From sequence record NC_007623.1: a stretch of DNA of 64,000 bases. The stretch is one strand, 5' to 3'. The notes beneath the pieces are model-generated. The model saw only the letters and a list, made by a program, of their open reading frames with translations. It searched no databases and had not been told where the DNA came from. Positions 37,855 through 43,601 of this stretch are shown in pieces. The position numbers and the translations under genes were made by a program. The number at the start of each line of letters is the position of its first letter. The first letter of the stretch is position 1.

Positions 37855-39297
37855 TTAAGGGGTAAAAACAAGATGGGTGTTCAATTGACCCACCCGCACG
37901 GTGGTCGTTTGAGCGACCCCTTTCTTCAACACAATCACGACCCGGAGTTTCAAGGTCTTAGGTGCGCTGGCCAATTCAAGGATTTGGGTATCGAAGATTC
38001 CCGAGAGATCCCCTTGACGCAGAGGGTAATTCAGTTCAGTGTTCTGACCCGAGCGCACAGTTTGGACTTGATCGTTCTGGTAGGTTACTTCCAGTTCCAA
38101 CCCTACTTGCAAGACTGCTTCCGCATCGGTTTGAATCGCCCAACGACCCTGAGCTACCAATTTCATCCCTACGGTCAGGTTTGTAATAGGGAGATCCTGT
38201 TCCATTCCCAGGGTCGGTTGATCACCGGTAGGCGTGCCCGTAAAGGACATTACCTGGTATTCACCCCCCGAAGGGTTGGTTTCCTTGGTAATAGCGACGG
38301 TCAAACCGATCAGTCGATTACCCCCAATACCGGTATTCGAGGCGATCTCAACCGTGGTAATGGTAGCACCTCCCGAATCCCCAGCACTACCATCATTACC
38401 GATCAACAAAGGGTTGGGGTTAATGCTCCCGAAGAAGTGGGCGGTCTCCGGCGGTGTCGTGCTGAACGGGATGTAACTGGTTGGCAAGGTAATGGTATTC
38501 TTGAACAGCTTGCTCACCGCAGTGGCGACATGGTTACCGATGATCTCGGCTCCTTTGGGGCTTGGGTGTACACCGTCCCCCAGCATGCCCGCCAGCGGCT
38601 TATTGACATTACCCGGCTCTACCATGTCATCCCAGGGGTTAACCACGATAACACCCCGTTTAGGCAGCTCAGAGAGCATCCACAGGTGCACTTGGTAATG
38701 AATAGCCAATTGTTCATCACTGAGCCCAATAGCGGCTTGTTCTACCGGGGTTTCAGCGATCACAATGACGGTTTTGCCATTGGCCAGCAATGTGGCGTAA
38801 ATCTCGGAGAGGTTATTGATCGTTTCATTGAACGTCTGGTTACGCAGACGGTCATTCCCCGAACCCAAATGGATAATGACATCGAACTTATCCAAGGAAG
38901 CCAGGAGTTGGGGAAGACGTTGGGCTTGTTGGGAGGTAGTATTCCCATCGACACCGGCGTTCATGGCATCCGGGAAGGCTACGGCTCCCTCGGTCTTCGC
39001 ACTGGTCCAGAAGGCCAGACCAACGTTACCTTTCACGCACTGGTAAGCCCGGCTATCACCGTATACCACGATATTGCGGTTAAACGGCAACCGGTCATTA
39101 CTTACCGCATTGACTTTGGTGGTCAGGGTATTCACTTCTTCTTTCAAATAACGGGTACGAGCGTCCAGCACACGTGCTTGCTTGTTCGCATTGCCGGTGC
39201 CTTCTTCGGTGGCTTCAACCTTGTCATCCGGCATCAGAGCCAGCAAAGGTTCAACCCATCCCGGTTGTTCATTAATCACTACGGGATTGTCAGCCAT
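37855..39297 (-). CDS. Tailspike-like protein with SGNH/GDSL hydrolase domain
   Basis: VYGDS (block I), NAGVDG (II), GSGND (III), DGVHP (V); same N-terminal anchor as the collagen fibre. Confidence 0.85.
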   Translation of the reverse strand: MADNPVVINEQPGWVEPLLALMPDDKVEATEEGTGNANKQARVLDARTRYLKEEVNTLTTKVNAVSNDRLPFNRNIVVYGDSRAYQCVKGNVGLAFWTSAKTEGAVAFPDAMNAGVDGNTTSQQAQRLPQLLASLDKFDVIIHLGSGNDRLRNQTFNETINNLSEIYATLLANGKTVIVIAETPVEQAAIGLSDEQLAIHYQVHLWMLSELPKRGVIVVNPWDDMVEPGNVNKPLAGMLGDGVHPSPKGAEIIGNHVATAVSKLFKNTITLPTSYIPFSTTPPETAHFFGSINPNPLLIGNDGSAGDSGGATITTVEIASNTGIGGNRLIGLTVAITKETNPSGGEYQVMSFTGTPTGDQPTLGMEQDLPITNLTVGMKLVAQGRWAIQTDAEAVLQVGLELEVTYQNDQVQTVRSGQNTELNYPLRQGDLSGIFDTQILELASAPKTLKLRVVIVLKKGVAQTTTVRVGQLNTHLVFTP

Positions 39298-39312
39298 GAG
39301 AATAAGTCCTGT

Positions 39313-39894
39313 TTAATACGTGAGGGTGCCGTCGTAACGGAATTGTCCGTTAAAACGAGGAATGGCGTCGTAATGGCTTTCTACGACAGCGAGAGTACCG
39401 GTAACGGTGTTGGAATCAATGATAGCCTGAGTGAACTCCCCGTCGAGGGTAATTTCATCATCCGTCAAGTCGTAGTAGCATTTGGCTTTGATCAGGGCTT
39501 TAATGTGTTCAGGGTTACGACTCCCTTTGAACACCAATACCGCACCTTCAATGATATCTTCGTCTCGTTTGACTTGGTAAATACCTTCCACCCCCTGGGT
39601 TTGTAAAACGTCCCAATCAACCGGATCAGGGGTTTCCAGCATGGAGACCTTATTCTTCACATAATCCGCTGGGAGGTACCGTTGGTTCTTACCGGTCAGT
39701 TTACCTTCGGAATCGATGTTGACCACCCGAGCAAATTCACCACCTTCTACCTCAACTTTCCTGAGGTCAGAGAGGGTAGTATTGTCCAGGGTGAGTTGTT
39801 CTAATACACTAACAATGTTCGGTTCATCGGAATAACGTTCTTTATTAAAAGCGATGAACCGTTCCAGAAACAGTAGATCGTTTGGAAAGGCCAT
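39313..39894 (-). CDS. Probable virion/tail protein, paralogue of 26997-27626
   Basis: Shared N-terminal motifs; ends FNGQFRYDGTLTY. Confidence 0.65.
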   Translation of the reverse strand: MAFPNDLLFLERFIAFNKERYSDEPNIVSVLEQLTLDNTTLSDLRKVEVEGGEFARVVNIDSEGKLTGKNQRYLPADYVKNKVSMLETPDPVDWDVLQTQGVEGIYQVKRDEDIIEGAVLVFKGSRNPEHIKALIKAKCYYDLTDDEITLDGEFTQAIIDSNTVTGTLAVVESHYDAIPRFNGQFRYDGTLTY

Positions 39895-40012
39895 GGGCGT
39901 GTCCACAGAAGTAGATAGAGGGTTCGGTCATTAGACCATAAAATTGGTAAATAAAATAGTACCCAAACCCATATTCTTCACTTACCTGGTTATTTAACTT
40001 GAGGTTCTTTTC

Positions 40013-40032
40013 AAACCTACATAATCAGGGTG
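40013..40032 (+). promoter_or_regulatory. Putative early promoter
   Basis: AAACCTACATAAT-caggg-TG in an AT-rich divergent intergenic region. Confidence 0.65.
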
Positions 40033-40074
40033 AAGCACAGACAGAGACCGTTTAACGGTCAAGGAGCCTTGTCA

Positions 40075-40251
40075 ATGAATACCCATCAGGCCAAACAGGG
40101 GTTAGCCCAGCGTGTTGAAACCCTGCGTCAAAAAGCTCGTCGTTATGCCCGTCAGGCGATGTGTTCCCTAGAACCGTCTTACCGGCAACATTACCGTCAA
40201 CTGAGCTACGAAGCCAGCCGTATGGCAGATCGCCTTCAACGTCAACTGTGA
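40075..40251 (+). CDS. Small basic helical early protein (58 aa)
   Basis: AAGGAG RBS before ATG 40075; Arg/Gln-rich. Confidence 0.6.
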   Translation: MNTHQAKQGLAQRVETLRQKARRYARQAMCSLEPSYRQHYRQLSYEASRMADRLQRQL

Positions 40252-40289
40252 TTGGTGTTTACCCCCCTTCCCCCACACACAGGTGTGAG

Positions 40290-40520
40290 ATGAGCAACGT
40301 TATCGATATGTTCAGCTGGCGGGACTCGAAGAATAAGCGTTCGAGTCAGTTCTCAGTGCTTCATCGTGAAATCGAAGCACTGTACGTCATTCAGAACCGC
40401 GCGCTTCAGGAGATCGCTTCAGCGGATACGGTCTTGGCGTATGAACAAGCTAAACTCTTCCTGATGGATGTCAGGATTGAAATCTACACCAAGACCATTG
40501 CGTTGAGTCAGTGTATCTAA
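40290..40520 (+). CDS. Small hypothetical early protein (76 aa)
   Basis: AGGTG RBS before ATG 40290. Confidence 0.6.
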   Translation: MSNVIDMFSWRDSKNKRSSQFSVLHREIEALYVIQNRALQEIASADTVLAYEQAKLFLMDVRIEIYTKTIALSQCI

Positions 40521-40539
40521 GGACATTTAACGTCCAGTG

Positions 40540-40565
40540 GTAATCAAGTCTATATTACTTGGGTG
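40540..40565 (+). promoter_or_regulatory. Early promoter embedded in a GTAAT-N9-ATTAC palindrome
   Basis: GTAATCAAGTCTATATTAC-ttggg-TG. Confidence 0.7.
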
Positions 40566-40606
40566 ATTAGGTACACAACATTCATTCCTTTTTAGAGGTT
40601 TACACC

Positions 40607-41086
40607 ATGGCTAAACAGTCGAACTTCACCATCGCTAACTACAACGCCGTCCTGGAAGCTGTTAAAGCCAACAACGGTTACGTGATCGACACCCACGGTG
40701 GTAGCCGTGGACCTTATCGTGCTGCTGGTATCGCCGCACTGGTGAAGGACGAAAGGGTTACCCCGGTGCTGCTGTGCCATGGTTCCTACTTCTGCCTGAA
40801 CTCGCTGCACAAGGAAGCCGATGGTTCGGTGACCCTCTCCAGCTGGTCGGTCGGTGTTACCATCTTCACCCACCAACACGGTGGGCTGGAAGAAGCGATC
40901 CAAGCCTACAACAAGGAGCAATCCGAGTGGGCGTTGTCGGGTGGTCAACTGATGCATGTACGCATCTTCGACTACACCGACGAAACCGCACCTGTGTTCG
41001 GCGAGCCAGTTGATCTGGCAGGCGAAGTCGTGGGTGCGCTGGCAGCACAAGAGCCGATCGCCAAGGTCGACATCCCTGCTCAATAA
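40607..41086 (+). CDS. Hypothetical early protein with host-like codons
   Basis: GAGG RBS; C-ending codon bias. Confidence 0.75.
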   Translation: MAKQSNFTIANYNAVLEAVKANNGYVIDTHGGSRGPYRAAGIAALVKDERVTPVLLCHGSYFCLNSLHKEADGSVTLSSWSVGVTIFTHQHGGLEEAIQAYNKEQSEWALSGGQLMHVRIFDYTDETAPVFGEPVDLAGEVVGALAAQEPIAKVDIPAQ

Positions 41087-41131
41087 CGAGCAGTTTTCTG
41101 TACGTAATCTGACTTCATTAGGAGCAATGCC

Positions 41132-41539
41132 ATGAGTAATGTAATGCACGTTAGCACCATCGCCGGTCGTACCGCCCTGACGGTGATCACACCCGACGAC
41201 CTGCCGGTTACCAACTGGATGGAAAATGTGCTTGCTGCACAGATCCAGAAAGTGGTTGACGAAGGTAAGGGTTGGCCCAACGACGCCGAGTTCAAGGTGG
41301 AGGTTACCTACCACACTTGGCCACAGGGTTGGGACCGGGAAGTGTACACGCACTTCTTTACCAACCGCGCCGAGCTGGACTCCTACATCAAGGACCAGCA
41401 CGAGTGGGCCCGTTGTGAGGACAACATGGTGAAGATCAAGATCTACAACTGGGACCTCGGTCCGAACTTCATGGAAACTCGTGAGTTCGGTGGTCCTGAG
41501 TTGTGGAACAGCCCTCTGAGCCGTCCTTACTTGACGTAA
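41132..41539 (+). CDS. Hypothetical early protein with host-like codons
   Basis: AGGAG RBS; Trp-rich. Confidence 0.75.
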   Translation: MSNVMHVSTIAGRTALTVITPDDLPVTNWMENVLAAQIQKVVDEGKGWPNDAEFKVEVTYHTWPQGWDREVYTHFFTNRAELDSYIKDQHEWARCEDNMVKIKIYNWDLGPNFMETREFGGPELWNSPLSRPYLT

Positions 41540-41547
41540 GGCTAGCG

Positions 41548-41592
41548 CTACCTCCCTGCCAGTGGCAGGGAGGTAGTACTCCTTTTATTTTT
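41548..41592 (+). terminator. Intrinsic terminator
   Basis: CTACCTCCCTGCCA-g-TGGCAGGGAGGTAG followed by a T tract. Confidence 0.75.
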
Positions 41593-41828
41593 TGCTTCAT
41601 TTCCATTTTTATAGTTCACTCAACACAACGAGCAAAGTAATGCCTGACACTAACAACGGTCCTGTGGAAATAAAGATGGAACGTGTGCAGTTCAAAAGAA
41701 TAAAAGTAAGGGGTCTTCGTAAATTCTGGTTACTCATCAAACGCTTACTGAGTAAGGACACCGATTATAAGAACACTTGACGAACGCATGGCTAAGTCAA
41801 TGGAACTAAGGGTAATTAACTTCTAGTT

Positions 41829-41854
41829 GTAATCAGGTCTATATTACCTTTGTG
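41829..41854 (+). promoter_or_regulatory. Early promoter embedded in a GTAAT-N9-ATTAC palindrome
   Basis: GTAATCAGGTCTATATTAC-ctttg-TG; 18/19 identical to 40540-40558. Confidence 0.7.
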
Positions 41855-41915
41855 TATATTAAGGCGTGGTTGCCTTCCTATTTTTAAGACCGAATAAACA
41901 CAAAGGATGTTATCT

Positions 41916-42263
41916 ATGAGTCAAGTCAAGAAAGCGATGAAAGGTGTTCTGAAAGGTAACAGTCGAACGGCCGATAAGTTTGTATTATGGATGCCAGTTG
42001 AGCTACGCGATAAGGTTAGCGAACGCGCAACGGCCAATGGGCGGAGTATGAATGCTGAATTTATCATGCTCATACAGGCTGCGATAGCCAGTGGGAACAC
42101 AGGTGGAACCCAAATAAGGACTATTCCATCGGTAGGTGACCCTGTTCGGGTTGAAGGGCTCCCAGGTGTGGTGACTGAATTGATACCGACACCGACTGGA
42201 TTAAAGATCCGGGCAAAAACCTGTGAGGGAGAGGATATTTATTCGTTATGGGAGATTGTTTGA
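41916..42263 (+). CDS. AmrZ/Arc-family ribbon-helix-helix DNA-binding protein
   Basis: SRTADKFVLWMP..LRDKV.ERA..NGRSMNAE vs P. aeruginosa AmrZ SRTADKFVVRLP..MREQI.EVA..HHRSMNSE. Confidence 0.85.
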   Translation: MSQVKKAMKGVLKGNSRTADKFVLWMPVELRDKVSERATANGRSMNAEFIMLIQAAIASGNTGGTQIRTIPSVGDPVRVEGLPGVVTELIPTPTGLKIRAKTCEGEDIYSLWEIV

Positions 42264-42264
42264 T

Positions 42265-42465
42265 ATGACTCGTTTCGAGAACTCGGATAAGGAAAAGAAA
42301 CCCAGTGTTCCTTTGCAGAACAAAATCGGGTTTGCGGGGATAGGGCCCGACGATGAGCCCATGTCGTGGACACTCACCCTCCCCGGTGAAAACTCGGTGG
42401 GTTACGCAGAACCCTTTCGACCTGAGAAAGAAGACCTGATCCCCCAACCGGTCTCTTTCGATTAA
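42265..42465 (+). CDS. Small hypothetical protein
   Basis: GGGAG RBS before ATG 42265. Confidence 0.5.
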   Translation: MTRFENSDKEKKPSVPLQNKIGFAGIGPDDEPMSWTLTLPGENSVGYAEPFRPEKEDLIPQPVSFD

Positions 42466-42476
42466 AAGCGTTGTAT

Positions 42477-42510
42477 ACCCCTACCCAGCCCTTTTCGGCT
42501 GGGTAGGGGT
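42477..42510. terminator. Bidirectional hairpin between convergent genes
   Basis: ACCCCTACCCAGCC-N6-GGCTGGGTAGGGGT. Confidence 0.7.
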
Positions 42511-42528
42511 TAATCTCTTTATTTTTGT

Positions 42529-43584
42529 TTACTTCACTTTGGTAACACACGACGATCTGACCAGTTCGGTGATGTCGATCATCGTAGCTGCCACCGTCAC
42601 GGTGATCTTATCCACCTCGACCACCCCACTCAGCAATCCTTTCAGCTCATCGAGTCGCTTATTGAGGGCTTCCTTATCGGTGTCGTTACTGTAGTGGTTA
42701 ATTTGACCTTCCACCTTGGCAATCTTGCTCTCCAGTGCTTGGCGGGTCTCAAAGATGCTCACCCAACTGTTGGACATTGCTTCTTCACAACGACCGATTT
42801 TGCGGACAAATTCCTTAGCGGAATTGAGGTCTTTGATCGTTGTCACTTTAGGCAGGCCGATAAGTCCATTCACGTATTGCTGGATACCAATAACCATGCC
42901 GTCCGCTACGCCAGAATCCTCACCTTCATCCGCCAGTTTCTGGTACTTCGCTTTACGCTCATTCAAACGACCCACCGCGGCTTCCAGTTTGGCGACCTGG
43001 CTGCGCATTAGACTGCTGTGAATGATTCTGGAATCAAAGACTTCCTTGATCACCTTTTTAACCTGTTCAGGTTGGTGTTCCACCGGGAGGGCTTTAATGT
43101 CGTCAAGTTTCTTAACTACGGTCTCCTTAGCACTTTGGTCCTCGATCTTGTTGGCGATCTGAGTGGCTTCTTGGAGAACAGGACCCACGTTGGTCGTTGT
43201 CACCTTAGGACTCGCTACGGCGTCTATCGCCTTTTCAGCGGCCTTAGCGGATTCATCTACCTTATCCAGTTTGTCTTTAACGTTCTTCTTGAAGAGACCC
43301 CCGAAGATCGACTTGAACAGGTTCTTGATGTATTCCCAGGCTTTCTTAATCCCTTCGCCAATCGACGACAGGAACCCCTCATTCCCCGCCACTTCATTAC
43401 GGGTCAGGTAACCCGCGGTATGGAGAACGGACTGAAGGTAACGCTGATTCGCAGTCAGGTCCATTCCTTCAGTTCCCATGACCGTATCCGAAAGACCATC
43501 GAGTACTTGCTCAATATGTTCCATTTCTGGAACACCGTCCATCAGTTCGTCTTCGTATTCAACCGTGTTGGCTTGCTGTTCCAT
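42529..43584 (-). CDS. Internal head (ejection) protein with cleavable propeptide
   Basis: Acidic N-terminus, G-x-E sites (MGTE, AGNE), then GFLSSIGEGIKKAWEYIKNLFKSIF, typical of phiKZ-like head paralogues. Confidence 0.7.
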   Translation of the reverse strand: MEQQANTVEYEDELMDGVPEMEHIEQVLDGLSDTVMGTEGMDLTANQRYLQSVLHTAGYLTRNEVAGNEGFLSSIGEGIKKAWEYIKNLFKSIFGGLFKKNVKDKLDKVDESAKAAEKAIDAVASPKVTTTNVGPVLQEATQIANKIEDQSAKETVVKKLDDIKALPVEHQPEQVKKVIKEVFDSRIIHSSLMRSQVAKLEAAVGRLNERKAKYQKLADEGEDSGVADGMVIGIQQYVNGLIGLPKVTTIKDLNSAKEFVRKIGRCEEAMSNSWVSIFETRQALESKIAKVEGQINHYSNDTDKEALNKRLDELKGLLSGVVEVDKITVTVAATMIDITELVRSSCVTKVK

Positions 43585-43601
43585 TATTTGCTCCTTAAGG
43601 G

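Noticed and set aside
39298-39315. In-frame TAA between 39313-39894 and the SGNH spike (possible read-through fusion)
   Set aside because: The 15-nt spacer contains an AGGA RBS for independent initiation; TAA is a poor read-through codon; no other signal
37873-39606. 577-aa plus-strand ORF
   Set aside because: In-register antisense shadow of two same-frame minus-strand genes (SGNH spike and its upstream gene); no RBS or promoter and an implausible composition
5998-39940. TATG late-promoter candidates upstream of structural genes (minus strand at 5998-6001 and 39937-39940)
   Set aside because: A 4-nt motif occurs by chance too often to call without TSS data
15914-41401. Long minus-strand ORFs at 15914-16561, 25170-25973, 27003-27620, 28713-29345 and 40592-41401
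   Set aside because: Each mirrors a well-supported plus-strand gene with C/G-ending codons; typical antisense artefacts
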